NCBI RefSeq assembly: GCF_964204865.1
Contig: NC_135259.1
Location: 14,012,001-14,076,000, forward strand
Reading direction: 5' to 3'
Source of the DNA: Styela clava
Taxonomy: Eukaryota
DNA: 64,000 nt
A model generated the notes under the pieces. The model saw nothing but the letters and a program-made list of their open reading frames with translations, had not been told where the DNA came from and made no database searches. How positions within the stretch are numbered: the stretch's first letter is position 1; each line of letters begins with the position of its first letter. Made by a program: the position numbers and the translations under genes. Shown here one piece after another: positions 37,001-52,000 of the stretch.

Positions 37001-40000
37001 GTTCGAATTACTATGATGTTATCTCAGGTTAAAGTCTCAAAACCTCTGGTTCAAATCTTATTCCCAGCACCTCACCCTAGTGTAATAAATTGGATTGACA
37101 CTGCCAAAGCAGAAAGATTTCCATCTTGCCAAATGATAGTAGCAGCTGCTTGTTCATGACCGTGTTCAGAGAGAGATGAGTGTATAAAAAAAAATCTGAT
37201 TACGTAATGCGCCTGAAATTTGGTCATTTGGTATCGACTTTGAACATGGCTCCATTTAGTAGTGTGTAATACGATATAACGAAATTGAAACGTTTGGATG
37301 AATTGTTATATCTCATCCAACTATTCATAACAATTTAAAATTTTTTTTAACTGTTTGTGCACTGATGAAAATTTTTGAAGCATTTTGTGTAAATTATGTT
37401 GTAGTTCCTAATATGAGTTGTTTGGATTTCAACCTGATGCCACTATAGTTGAGTCTGACGCTTTATTAACCACTGAGCCACCACATCGATAATTGTGGAT
37501 CAATGCGATTTGGCTATTTATAGAAAGTCATGTACAATTATGACTGTGCATCTGCAACTATCAGGATGTTTTCTATTCCTATACAATAGATGATATCTGG
37601 CCTCATTATATGCTTTAACTGGCTCATCAGATTTTCTTTATTTCAACATATTTTTACCTATGGGTACATAAATCTTAAATTTTTGTCATTTCCAGGCAAA
37701 GAACGAACTGGCTAGAATCCTAATGGAGTTGTCTCTTCCTACGTTGAATAACAATAATCAAGTGCAAGCAATAAAAGATTGTAAAGCTCATAACGCAAAG
37801 GTAATAGTTTATTTCAGCTGCTCTATAGATGCTATGTAATGATTGGTCTTCAATATGGTGTATAGGTAAACTTATCACTCACTTATATATAGGTGATGTC
37901 CAAAATGAAGTTACCAAAATTCGAAATCCATTCTGTATTGAAAACTAGTTAATTAATGTAATTAAAAAACAATTGATTTGTCTCAAATATGACATTTAAC
38001 AATAGTAATTTAGCAAGTGTAATTTGTGTAAAATTTTAGGAATGGGCATTTCGGAATAATTTACTGTACTAGATAATTAAAATATTATTCAGGATAGCGG
38101 ATCCTATTCTATTTTAAATTGCAACCTAAAGCTGGATTGAAATTTTTAAAAAGCAAAAATTCAAAAGTATTAGCGTCATTGTATTTATTAACAGAAAATA
38201 TTCTGGACATCGGATTTTATTTCATACCAAACACCAAACAGGCATATCTGGTCTTAATAAATTAAACTGAGCAGGCCTATATACCAGTAGCTTAATTTTG
38301 CTGTATCCCAAATAACAATTGAAAATGAATTGAAACAAGAAATGTGAAGATTTTAGAACAAATTTTTTGAAAAATGATATCAAGTTATACCGTGATCGCT
38401 GTAAAATCATACTGTTAGGCTGGGGTTATGGTATATGGGGTTTTATAACATCAGGGATTGTTAATTTGACTTCACTTTATACACTTTATATTAAGGAAGG
38501 TTTGTGACTGAACACCATTCTATATCATTGATAAAATCCTATTCAGATTTCATGCGTACTTTTTGTTCTGGAATGTTCAATAGCCTATACTTGACATCGG
38601 GCTATTTCATGGTGAAAAATGGTTTGAATGGTGAAAAATGGTATTTTTAATGTCAGAAGCATTTCAATGTGTGTATACAATATTTAAATCAGTAAGCCTA
38701 TATTCCTTGTGCAAATTGATAGCTATTCATATATGCAAAATTTTTCGGCTAAGTTTTGCTAAATGACAGGTTTATTATCACGTAAAACCCAAAATAGCAG
38801 CTATTCATTACGGTAATTCACTATTAACGTTAGTCTAATCAATAACTATTGGAACAACTTTTCCATATCTAGTTTGCTTTTTCGATATATGTATTAATCT
38901 TAATTTATTGTTTCAAACCCGTAAAAATTATAATTACGAATTGGTATTGCATGGCATTGAATTAAATTTGTGATGACAAAGATGTCCAAAACCGAACCAA
39001 TTTATAATATTAATCACAAAAAATTGATTTTGAAATGTACCATAAGTAAGTAGTAAGCTGAATATTATCCTGTTAACTTTATTATTGAAATTTTTATCAA
39101 AAGTGAAACCTTTAATCTTGTGTCATTGTGTGTCAGATTTTAATTGCCTAATTAAATGGCAAATTGTTGAGGATATTATTGTATATCCTCAAATCAAAAT
39201 AATAATTTTAAAATGAGTTTGAATATACGATTTGTCTTAAGATTTGATGTTTTATTTAAGGATGATTACGAATTAAAAACAATATGCAACAAAATGCTGA
39301 GATACTTTTCCAAGTGAAATTTTTTTCTGAATAAATCAGCCTAAACTTATTCTTAAATCATTTAATATAAAAAAGCTGTAAATGTCCAAAGGGATTAAAG
39401 ATAAAATCAAATGAAAATCAACACCTCCATGACTGACTAAAACTTACCAAAACAAAAATTTTCGTATTTCTTCACACAATTCATCATGAGGAATTTGTAA
39501 TCTTTTATCCAATTGTTAATATAAAAAACAATTTAGCTTGTTTATTCATTTTTTATTTTTGAATGTACTATTGTGCACAATGTTCAAGCAAGCAAAATGT
39601 GGGAATTTTTCGAAAATCAACTTAACGTAATGCACAAATGAATTATTAAAATGGAGCCAAAACCGCTGTACAGTCTTACGTCACGTCTGAATGGTGCCGT
39701 AACTTCATCTTGCTTCATTACTGTAACGACCTTTAAAATATCTATTTTTAGCTCATCCCTGTTTTTTTATTTTCGCTTTCCCTTATGTGGGATTTCAGGC
39801 CATTTGCAATATATCTTGATTTGCCGAACAGTAAGATGAATGTTCTAAATTTTAATAAACATTTTTATAAGGTATGGTTGGTTATCTCAGCTTTGTCAGC
39901 AATACAATGTCTTATAATTAGACTTTTATACTATTTACAATTCAAAGATGGGTCGTTACTGATGAAGTATTTCTTGTCATAACTAGGAAGATCTCTGGAT

Positions 40001-43000
40001 AATTTATAGTTAACCTGATAAATAAATGCTTTCTATAATAATAAAAAGATGGACCATATTGGATAAAAAAAATCATTTTTTATCTACTGAATATATTTCA
40101 ATTCCTAATTTTTTTTAAATCGGTCATTTTCAGTTTATCAAAGTTTCAATTTCGAGTTTATTTTAAACTCTGAATTATTATGTCCAGTCTTGTCATGCTT
40201 GAATTGAGATCACCTTGTAAACAACAATGTCCGGTAGCCTTACCATAATAGTCTACTTATTGGTTTGTAAACCTGATACTTTAAATTTCTGTAGTCATCA
40301 CATTATTGTCTAGTGACTCATTGACTTATCCCTACCTGATTTTAAAGAAAAGTATTTTCTCTTTGTTTTATGCCTGACTGGCATTTCTGTTTCAGGAATT
40401 GTTCACTGAGTGTTTCAACATTACATTATCCGCCACATTTTAAGGCTAATATTCATATTATCCTCTTTATTTGAGAGCTAAATTTTCGCTATTTTGCCTT
40501 CGGTTTATGTTTTTTTAGTCAAAATTTAATATCATTTTTTATCATTTTTTCCTTGTCTGAACTCAGAGTGACGAATTAGTTAAAATTTATGACCGCGGGA
40601 CGTAAAACCGACTGGAATATAATTTTACTTGTGTTATACAGTTTCATAAAGTTTTAATATGAACCCATAATTTTCGTTTTGGTTGCTTACGGGTGTTGAA
40701 CAAATATTTTCCCAGACTAAATCCCCATGAATCTTTCATAGAAAGGAAGTAGAGCTGTTGCCAAAGGCCAATGGTCATTCTCATGCTTGAATACTTTAAA
40801 TGAGAAATTAAAATTCCATTAGGTTGACTATCTTCTGTAAACATTTTTTTGACAACTTAACCAGATATAGGAAAAGATAATAACCTTATCTTATATTATC
40901 ACAAGCTTTCAATAATAAATATATGGGACAGGGCAATCGGCCAAGAAAAAGTTTTTTGTTTCAACTTCAAGTTTATATTATATATAAGATATTGATTGAT
41001 CAATTCAATAAAGTTTGAACTAAGCTCATTTTTGGGAATTGAACAATTTGATATATTCAGAAATTCCTGATTTTACAGAAAATTTTACGCATAAAAATTG
41101 ACTAACATCACTATACTGCATTCAGTCAATATTTTTGACCACTGCACTCTTGTTTTGATATTAACTTAAATTTTGCTTTCAACATTGCTCAGTTTAATTT
41201 GGTCTTTTTTATTCAGGTTTTAGAGAAATGTATACACTGCCTTTCCATTGTTCACAATTCATTTTTCAAAGTTCAACTTAATCTAAAAGATATCAACTTG
41301 CAGGTAAGATGTGGAATTGTTTATAAAGTATTTTCTAGCTATCAATGAGGCTTTTATAAGCAAAGTTTTCCAGGTAAAAGGTTCTTGTGACTTGCTCATT
41401 GAATTCCATTGATTAGAAAACAAGTTGACAACCTTTTTGCATTGGGAAACAGTTTGAAACCAATTTTTTTGTAGAAGGACTTTTTAAAAGACACTTTATT
41501 TAGCTTTTTTTCGTCTAACCCAACTCCATAATAACAGCAATTACAGCATATTCAAGTTTTCGATATTCTACTATCTAGCAGTTGCCTATCACTGTACAAG
41601 AATCAATAAGAGAGAATCAATTGTCATTTTGTACTCTTCATCTGTATGCATTAATGAACTTCTTCCATTTTGAATGATTTTGTTAATGCATTTAACAATA
41701 TTGTTGATTATATATTTTGGAATGACATTAACATACCCGGTTTTGTCATTCTTTATTTCAGAGATGTTAATTTTGTTTTTGTTTCATAAACATAATATGC
41801 AATGCAGGATAATCGAAGACGTGTTTCCTAAAAATTCAAGTTATATAAATGAATTTGTTTTACTCAGATTATAGTTAAACTAACAGTCTTATATGTAATT
41901 TTTAGTGGGAAATAAGTATCCTGAAACATTAAATAAAAATAATGATAGAAACAAAAATGAAAACATCCATGATACACCGGTGGTATAGCAGTTTTTCTAT
42001 TTGTCTTGTAACAAACTCATTTGTTTGATTTCCTGCTTTATTTTCAATATTCAATCATATTTTTCCTACCATGCTTCAGGCTGAGTTGATACCATCATCA
42101 GAAAGCAATGATACCCCGACACAAGCACCAACGTTGCCTTGTAGTAATGATACCACAATTCCTTCTTCTATTGAAACACCTACAATTGATTTTACATCTG
42201 AATGGACATCATTATGCGATACACAATCCAATATCAAATCTTGGTTTGCTCTGAAAGAGGTATTTGTTTGTTTATTTGCTTTATTTATTTCTTCTATGAT
42301 TATTTTATGAACTGTTTTTATCCAAACATGACTTTCGGCGCATCGAGGCTAAACTCGACACTTTCTGACTTTCATACTGCCATGGCAATTTAGATGGGTT
42401 TATTAATAATAGACCAGGAGTTCCCCAACTGCTGGTATTATGGAGACCGTGAAGGTGTTGACTATTTGCGAGCCCCACAATAAAGTTAAATTACTTTATT
42501 TAATGGCTCGGATGTATTTGCTGCTTTATATTTAGGAAATACACTTGACAAACATATTAATAAAGTAGGCCTAGTGTTGACATGCGGCAAGTATGGCGTT
42601 ACCTTGCGGAACTAATAGATAATGTCATACTGAGATTACTGCCTTGTTGGCACATTTTGACACTATTGTAATCAAATTTTATTAAAGCCATTATTGCTCT
42701 TATGGACAGTTACAAAATTAGCAGAGTCAGTATTTTAATAGGAAAACAAATAGCTTGAGGAGCTCCCTGGTTGCTCTCACATCTTTAGAAACTTTAATAA
42801 ATGCAAGTAAAAATTTCAATTTGACAGAAATGATCAAATTGTCTACTTCCTGCCAATTTTCATATGTTATTAAAATCAAATTCTGCACATTGTATATTCA
42901 CCAACAATTGCATTGATACTTATTGCATTTCATGATACTCAAAATTTGGTTTATTGAAATTGTTAGAAAAGTTTGTTATTTCATAATTAATAAAATTGAT

Positions 43001-46000
43001 TTCTAAATTATTTTTGTTTGTTACAGCGAAATGGATCACTCAGAAAATACATCGGACTCACCGATCCTGAGATTCAAAATTTATTGAAATCGGACTCTGT
43101 ATCGGACTTGTACATGAAAAAACTAAACCAGAAAATTGATACTGCACTTAGAGTAAGACATTCTTTAATATTATAGTTTCAATAAAAAGTTAATAAAACA
43201 GTTTTGGAATGAATAAATCAATGTTGGATTTCTTTGACAATATTGCTATCTTTCATTAGTTTGTTGATAAATACCAAGTCTTTTGAATGAGGTTTGAGCT
43301 GAATTCATTTAAGAACTTTCAAATATCTGTAAAACTGTTGTGTAGTTTCAAAGGTTTGTGTTTAAGTAAATTTTAGTTTAAATGAGCTAATTGGCAAATG
43401 GTATTTTGTCTAATTGAAAATCTTTAGATAATGGGTGACTAGAATCTACCTTGCCAATTATGGGAATATATAGCGCGTTCATAAAGTACTGTTTTAAATG
43501 AAATTAGGTAAAATAAAATGCGTTTTGTGCAACTAATGGTGGCCATATAAAGGTATATTGAATGAAGTAAAAAAACTAAAATGAACACTGATTAAAATAA
43601 AAACAAACCCAATGAGATAGGAGATATTGCGAACTGACATCATACCAAAATTTGTAATAGTACTTTATGGAAAAAATCCGTACTTATGTTAATATATATA
43701 TAGAGAGTGTCCGGTTTTATATTCATTCACTTTCAACAAAGAAATCATAAAAGTCTATGTAAATTCAATTCATTTGAATTCGAAAGTTAATAAGATAAAA
43801 AGTGAGTTTATTACTTTCAATATTTTATAGAATTATGAAGTTGGTCTCCGTGGATTGCCTTCTGAATCTGTCATTGTGTTTGGTGGTTTTTATTCTTCTC
43901 CTGACAAAGCCAGACTTGCTTTGAAAGGTTGTTGCTCCCAAATGGAAATGGAACAAGTAAGCAGAATTATTATGTCTCGACGTTATGTGGTTTTTATGTG
44001 TATTTCTCATGTCTTGAAATGTAAAGCACTCGTAGTCAAATTTAAATACTAGTTTGTGTATGCGTTTCTTTCATCTGAAAAATTTGAACAATGTAGATAT
44101 AAAAAAGTAACATACAGGTAAAATAAAATGTGTCAATAAAATTTTTCCTTTGGATTTTTCTCGACTATAAAATATTAAATATAGATGTTTCGTAATGTAA
44201 TTTTGTAATATTGTTTTGTAAGCATTATTATAACACTGCATCCACCTATTTTTTTTTTACAATTTATCCCCTTTTTTTTCTATTGCTCAGGACATTCAAC
44301 GATTACCTGTATCTCAATTCTTACATTGTGAACTTCCGCTCATGACACTCACAGTCAACAAAAAAGATTTTCCAGCGAATGCAAACAATTCATCTTCGAA
44401 TATTAATCAGAAAAAGGTGAGCCTGCAGTCTTTATTCATTAAAAAAATGATTGTATATACCTTACTGTATAGGATTATGTGACTGGAGCAGGGGTCCTTA
44501 AACTGGCCCTAGGGGGCCTTGCAATGGTTTTCTCGGGGTCACCTACGAATGCGTGTACTATGAACCTTTTGCAAGAATTTAAAGTGAATTTTCCTAGATT
44601 TGTTTTTCTTATATTCATAAATACCTCACTTCAACTCGTCAAATAAAATAACTGAAAACCTCGATGAATTGAAATTAGTTTCTATATTGTTATTGGAGAG
44701 CAGAAGAGCATAAAATGTTAAGAGTATTCTGAAGGGGACCATGGATCATGAAAGTATGTGATAACCATCGAACTATAGACTTGAAGTAGCTTCTGAAGTT
44801 GCCTAGTTGTCTGTTTTTTTAAATTTTTGGGTGGATGAAATTTTCCATTTTCAACTTTGCCAAGAAAATATACCGTATTTGCTCGTTTTGTAGCCCGGGC
44901 CCATATTTTTTTCAACCAACCCACTTAGGCCGGCCCTTATTCAAGCACGGGCGCTTGTTAATTTCGATCGTTACAATAACTAATATATTGTTATTTCCAG
45001 TTCTCAAGTACGATTTAAACGAGAATAACGAAAATTTTGACTTTTTCTACGCACCGCAGGTACAAAGGGCAACCGCAGGGCAAAGTCGCTTTAAAAATGT
45101 CAAATTTTATAGGGTTAAATTTTGTACATGTCATGATGATACTTCAAAATACATCTGTTTTAGGATTGTTAAAAAGTGAAATTCGCCAAATAATTAACAC
45201 CAACCTATCTGATATAAGCATCTCAAAGGTGGATTAAGAATATCTTAAGATTACTCATATGACTTCAGTGGTTTCAAGAATAGTTCTGTGTGAATATAAA
45301 GTGAAGATTCTTTGAATCAAAAATTTGAAAATGGGTCTTCTAATTACCAGGGTATACTTGAATACACAAGATTGCACTAGTCGTAATATTGTTGACTATA
45401 TGAGAGCAAAATCAATAATTGCTCCCAGTAAGTGTAGATTTATACAGAACATATATACAGCGTTACCAGTATGCCAGTATCTAAAAATACTTTCAATCAG
45501 TACTGACTTTATTTTCAACGAGGCGTAGAATTTCATATATTGAAAAAAGTTATGTATATCATACATGATATCATTTTATTCAAAATATGGGGAAATAAAT
45601 TAGGATTTAATCGAAAATTGGATTGAAATACTAGAAAATAACTTTGAAATATCTTGATACATACCATCAATATGCCCAAACACCTCTCTAACTATTGTTT
45701 CCCATTTATTCAGAATGCCATTCGCCAACTGATTCAATCAACCAATCAGAAACTTAGCATCAGTGAGACAGATGAACTATCATCGGAAATACTCGGAGAA
45801 ATTTGTCCTGCTAGATGGAGAACACATGTTAAAGCTAGCTTACAACTTCTATATGGAAATTCAGGCCTTGTGAGTGTTTGATATTTCTTACTTAAATTGT
45901 TATTATGGCAACCTTCGGGAAGCAAACAATGGTATATATCAGCTCAAACTTTTTGTTCGTGCGGCGCTAAATTATCACTGAATCAAAACAACTCACAGCG

Positions 46001-49000
46001 CACTGACACGAAAAAAATTGCTGTCTTTACTCTTTACATAAAACTCAATTTTGTAATCGGTAATGTGTACTTTATGTCTCTTATAGTTTGTAAACCTGTA
46101 GGCCTAAAAAAAAAATGCAAAAGGTCAACTCCTCTTCCTCATCTCTGCCTGATTTTTCTTGGAAATACTAAAAACTCACTCGCTAGTGGTGTATATCATT
46201 ATATCACCATCAAGGGAGTCTAAAACGGTCTTATTTTGGACTGATGTTCATTGATATTTCAACTTCATAATTTTAGGAAAAATTGAAAATAAATTCATTT
46301 GAATATGTCATTTGCAAAAATTATTTGTCAGATTTAATGAGCGTGGACAACTAATTTCCAAATCATTTAATTGAAGGAAATTTCATTTTGTTCATTATTT
46401 GATGAGTAATATGGCTGCTGGTTAATGTGGCTACTGGTTTTTACTGTATACTTATACAATGCGAACACGTATTCAGAAATCGCATCTGAATTTTGAATCG
46501 AATCATAATTTGATACATATTCCATTTAAGGTTATTCTGGATACCATGACCAGTGAATCAAAAGACAAGCAAAACGCCATCATTTGTCGCAAAGATTCTT
46601 TTATAGTTGTTGCTGTCACTTCAACTTGGTAAGTGTATATTTAGAATTGTGAATTTGAGGAAATTTTTTTGATATTTTTTTTAACTGTGTCTAATTTAAA
46701 AACTTCAAAGCATTAAGATATGCTCCTGTTATTGATCACGGCTAGGTGAATTTGCTCATGATGACTTTCATGGTATATGAAGTGCTTTAACTTCATTGGC
46801 ATTTTTGTAATTTCTATGTTTTTTGTTTACTCTCGCATTGTTTATCACGTTACTCTGCACCTGGTTGGCCTATTGTCAGCTTTTAAATTCATCTAAGTTA
46901 GCATTGTATGTTAGAGATTTTTGATTTATGTTCTGATAGGTTCCTCCTCTTCTCACAAAAATAAGATAGTTTGGGTGAATCCTAAGAGATTGAAATGTTT
47001 TTCACATCTCAGCTGACCTGCAGAATCTGGGAATATTTACATCAGACTCTTACTCAAAGACTCTTTTGAGTTTAAAAATAAGATTTCTACTCCCAATATA
47101 AATAAAAGCATGTTAAATTCATGCTCCATAGTCATGTATCCCTGTATTGATCCATCTCTTCATATTTTATAGGTGTATCAAAGAAGATCCCGGTACAATG
47201 TCATTGTTGCAACGCAATCTTGATCCAGAAAAAACTCTGGCAACTATCAATGTACGATACATATCAGTGTTTAACAATAAAGCTACTGCTGAAAAAAGGT
47301 CAGTTGCAGGATATTTCGAATAAAAATTGCTTTGTTGTGCTCTCAGAATCATACAATTTTTTTATACATCTATTTATGTGATATTATGATACGAAATGGA
47401 CACCCAATCAAGCTTTGGAAATATCTTAATATATAAAGGTGTCTAGTGATGCTGTAATAATTCAGTTATGTAATTTTTAAAATCAATAATTTACTATTTC
47501 AATTATAACCAGTTTCTAATGTTACCCTGTACGTAATGTTAAAATATTTTTTATGTATTCAGATCCGAACCTGGAGTATTTGTGGAGACGTTCGTTCAAA
47601 CAGGAAGTCAAAACAGAAGAAGAGCATCCCAATCTCTTCGGGCTTTACAAACATTATCTGGAATGCCTTTGACCCCAATGTCATCATGTTGGTTGACCAA
47701 TCAGCCTCCAACAGAGAATTCACCCGTTTTATCCACTCGTGTCCTGTCCGGGTCCGATGTGGAGCCTAAAAGAGAAAGTCCGCGGACTACAAAATTAGTG
47801 AAAAAGACAAGTTCGGTGAAATCGGAAGGCGGAGAATCAAATTCGGGATCGGAAAGACGAAGGAAGAAGAAAATTGTAGTTGAAATCAAAGAGGGCGATA
47901 CTGCTAGCGAAGAAGGTATTTTAAATTCGTGAATTTATTCCGTGATGTATTATCGTTTTGAGGAAGGCTGCGATTTTATTTTCAGTTTTCTATTTGTAAC
48001 AAATTCATAAAAATGTACCATTGTATTTTTTTTTTTGGTACTCCCATAGTGTGTGTACCCGGTTAGGGTTATGCCATATTTTTATTTTGAATTTCCTTAT
48101 TTTAGTTCTATTACGAGTTCTGGGACTGTCTGTGTTGACCAAGTGACTGTGTTAGCCCATGCCCATAGGTTTCATTCCCTTTACACAACTTGATGTAAAG
48201 TAGGCAAACATAGTAGGCAAGTTAGTTACCTTCGTATTGGTACACACAATTTTAATTCATAGGCATGAATCTTAATAAACCATGACTTAGCTAAAAATCA
48301 CTCCAGATAAACCATGACTTTTTTCTCATAAATTGTTAGCTGTATATTGCCATTTGGTATCTTAATAAGCAACGCAAAGATCTTTGAAAATTTTTGAATA
48401 TCAACTAAATTGATTTGATAACCTATATTTTAGTTTGTTAATGCTGTTGTAACAGTTTGCAGAAGTCATTAAATATTTTCTATTAAATAACAGAAAAATC
48501 ATCTGACAATGATGACTCTGTGAAAGATGTCATTAATTTATTATCTGGAAGTTCACGACGTGCGACTCGCAGAAGATTTCAGATTGAACGGGAAGCTAAG
48601 GAAGCTGAAACAGACGTAAGAAAAAAATTTTTTATGATGAAATTCGATTTTGTTTATATTTGAACAAGTCTGTTTGAGGGATTCCAAAGGGGATGACCAA
48701 AAACCAAATAATCCAATATATCGAATATATTCTGATATAATGTTTTTGAATATGGAACATATTCTAATCAGGCTATGTTGAACTAAAAGGACATAGGATT
48801 CAATCTGCGCATTGAGTTATAAGTTTGTTTTGGCCTTATTTATTTTTGTTATGGAATTAGATGATTCGCTGATTTTTAATCTCTTACACAGTAGTTTGTA
48901 TTTATCACCAACTCCTAAAATTTCATAGGTAACGGAAGTTCAAGTTTACAAAATAAACTTAAGCATGACATCACCACTTTAGCAAAAAAAATTTGAAAAT

Positions 49001-52000
49001 AAGCTTTTTTATGTTTATAGCTGCTTAGAAGTGAACATGTCTATACTAAAAACATGTGATTTGGCGATTAAGTCGTGACATGTTCACGTAACCTTTTTAT
49101 CGGAAGTGACCTTGATTAACATTTTGAAAATTGAATAATGAAATTTAACTATGGACCTTTGATGACAGGGCAGTAAAATTTTTCATGTTATTGATGAACG
49201 ATCATAATATTAATTTTATTTGTTTTGGTTGGTTTTTCAGGAGATGAGTGAAAACATTGAGAAAATTCTTGACTCCGATATTCCGCAATTGCCTGAAGAG
49301 GAAGCGCAACCTACTTCCACGAAGGATGAAAATGTAACCAATCTGACCAGTGATGATATTCAATCAAAAACGGTAACCTTCACAATATTTTTTTAATTTA
49401 AAGTATCGTTTGAAAGACTTATCTCTCCAATTTAGCATTGGCTACCCAGATTACTACACCGATTCTAAATGGGATGATTTTTCTAAAGAAAATTGTAGTA
49501 AATTCGATATAAAATTCTTTAAAATGAAATACTTTTATACAGTGTTCCCTCTAAGGTGTGCGCGTGCGCGAGCGCACACAGCTTTCAGAGGCCGCGCACA
49601 TGCATAGATTTACTGCGCACAGACGTATTTCGATGTAATGTAACAATGTGCTCGGTTGGCAGGTTGAGAAAGTTTGTTGTTGGCCCACTTATTATCCGGT
49701 TAGAACGCCAAAATTTCTTCATTGGTTTTTGCACAAATATTAGTCATTTCCAAAAAAGTGCGCACACACCAAAATTTCTGCGCACACATACTACAAAAAA
49801 TTAGAGGGAACATTGCTTTTATATCAAATTTTGACATTTTTGTTCAATTGAATCCAAATTACAATCTTTTAAATATTTCGGATATCCTTTAAATAATCTT
49901 ATCTGTATTTATCAGTTATTAAACTTCACCTATTAATGAGATTTATATGGCTAATCGAGACAGTGGCTATGTCTAGATATATATCATTATGTTATTTTGC
50001 ATTTAGTAAACAGACTGCTTATCAGCACATTTTTCGTTTTATAATGTAGTCAGATATGTATCAGCGCCTACCCTTTGTTGCTGAGTTAGTATCTTTACGA
50101 GCATGGTACATTGCTAAGAGTGTGTACACCATTAATGAGTCATACTCAATCGTTGATAACCAATCCAAATTATTGAAATCTGGTGTCTTAGTCTGCTTAT
50201 TTCCTTGGCATGGCTCATTGTTAAAGTATACCTAGATGGTGCTTTCACAATAATTCATGCTTGATTGTCAATAAAAAAATTAAATCGCTGAAACCAACTA
50301 TAATACAGAAGGAGAAGAAGTTCATTAACGCACGGTAGCGTTGGTATTATCAACACCTTAACATCAGCCTAAGGCTACATTCTTGTGTACACAGGAATTT
50401 TGATTACGGATTTTAAAAATTTTAATTGTGGTCCGGTGTGTTTTCTAAATCATAGAATAATCTCTGACATTAGATCGTGTGATATTGATTTTTCACAAGT
50501 AATAACTTTTCAATCCTTTATTTTTTCGACAGACCTCAACAGCTCTGCGAAATGATGAAGGAGGAGCCTCGAACCCTGTTTTACCAATTACAGGTTAGTG
50601 AGTGAAAATATCGAAAAATGTATATTTTAGATTTTAATACATGCTTGAAAATTAGAAAGCAAAGATATCAAAGTTTTTTTTAATTCATAATTTGAATCTA
50701 AAATGCCTAAATAAAAATAAATAAAAAATTTGTGTTATCAGAAATGTGCCTGGTTTTATTCCAAAAATAAATAAGGTAGTCATCAATTTTAACATATTTT
50801 TTGCTTGGTTCAGCATTCGCTTTGAACTGCTGGTGAACCGCATAACTGTGGCTTATGAAGCCAAGTAACCCTCCCATGTTTTGTCGGTGGGTAACCGTCA
50901 AGTCTCCCGATATTGGAGGAAAGCTTACAAACAGTTCAGTGGTCAAAAAAGCTGGTCTTAATTCATTTGGTCAATAAATGAACTACTTCAGTGTGGTACA
51001 AGTACTGTCTACCATATTGAGCTGTAGTTGTTAATGCAAGAAAAGTTGCAAGAACAAGTTTCTCATTTATACAGACTTTGATTAAATCTTCAACACACAT
51101 TTTTCTTCTTCGTAATAAATATATTATGTGTCACCAAATCAGTGAAAAAAAGTTTTCCCTTACTGACATTCATCCTATCCTGAAACAATCCTGCAGCTTA
51201 TTAAAATTACCTGTATTTTATTCTACTTTGAAAAAGTTTGAAATATATAAATATTAAGTTTCATATTTTTCTATTTTCAGATGTTCATTCCAAAACAGAC
51301 AACGCCATCAATGTCACTCATTCACAATCATCGATGTCGCAATCCCAAATTAATTTGTCTCAAACACTTGACGTCATGAACCAACCCCCGTCACCATTTC
51401 ATCAAAAATCTCGATCTCAAACATTACCCGTGTCTTTCAATAGCGTCCAGCCTAACATTCCCATGCATCAGTTTCCGAAGTCATCGTCAAATACTTTACC
51501 CCAATTACGGGGTCAAAACATGGGACCACCCCCTCATATGGGACCACCAGGACATATGTTTCCTAATTTAGCCCCAAAACAAGCAATGACTCTACCGAGT
51601 AACTTACAAGCGACTTTTAATATGAGAATGCCCCCACCTGACCCACGTCAATATTTTCAACAGGAATTCAGCCCCCATCATGTCCCAATGTTCACCCAGC
51701 TTCAGCAGAGTTCATCACCCAGACCATCAACCCCAATGTATCCCAACTTGAATCCGAATTCCTCGATTTCTTTACCCCGTACCCCTAGTCCCGCACCCAT
51801 TAGTCAGCAGCACCATCCACGACAAATGGTTAGACCACCGAGTAATAGACCACCCATGCAACATGAGGCTCCGCCAAATATGGGGCCACCCATGACCCGT
51901 TATCCGCCACCCACTGGTCAAGGGGACGGGGTTCAGAGTGCGTCTCCTGGTAATGTACAAGCCTTACTCCAGCATTTCAATAGTCTTGCTGTGAATGCCA

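Noticed and set aside
43027-47298. Four GARRE1 exons of exactly 126 nt, suggesting internal duplication
   Set aside because: The encoded peptides share no visible similarity, and 126 nt is near the typical exon size.
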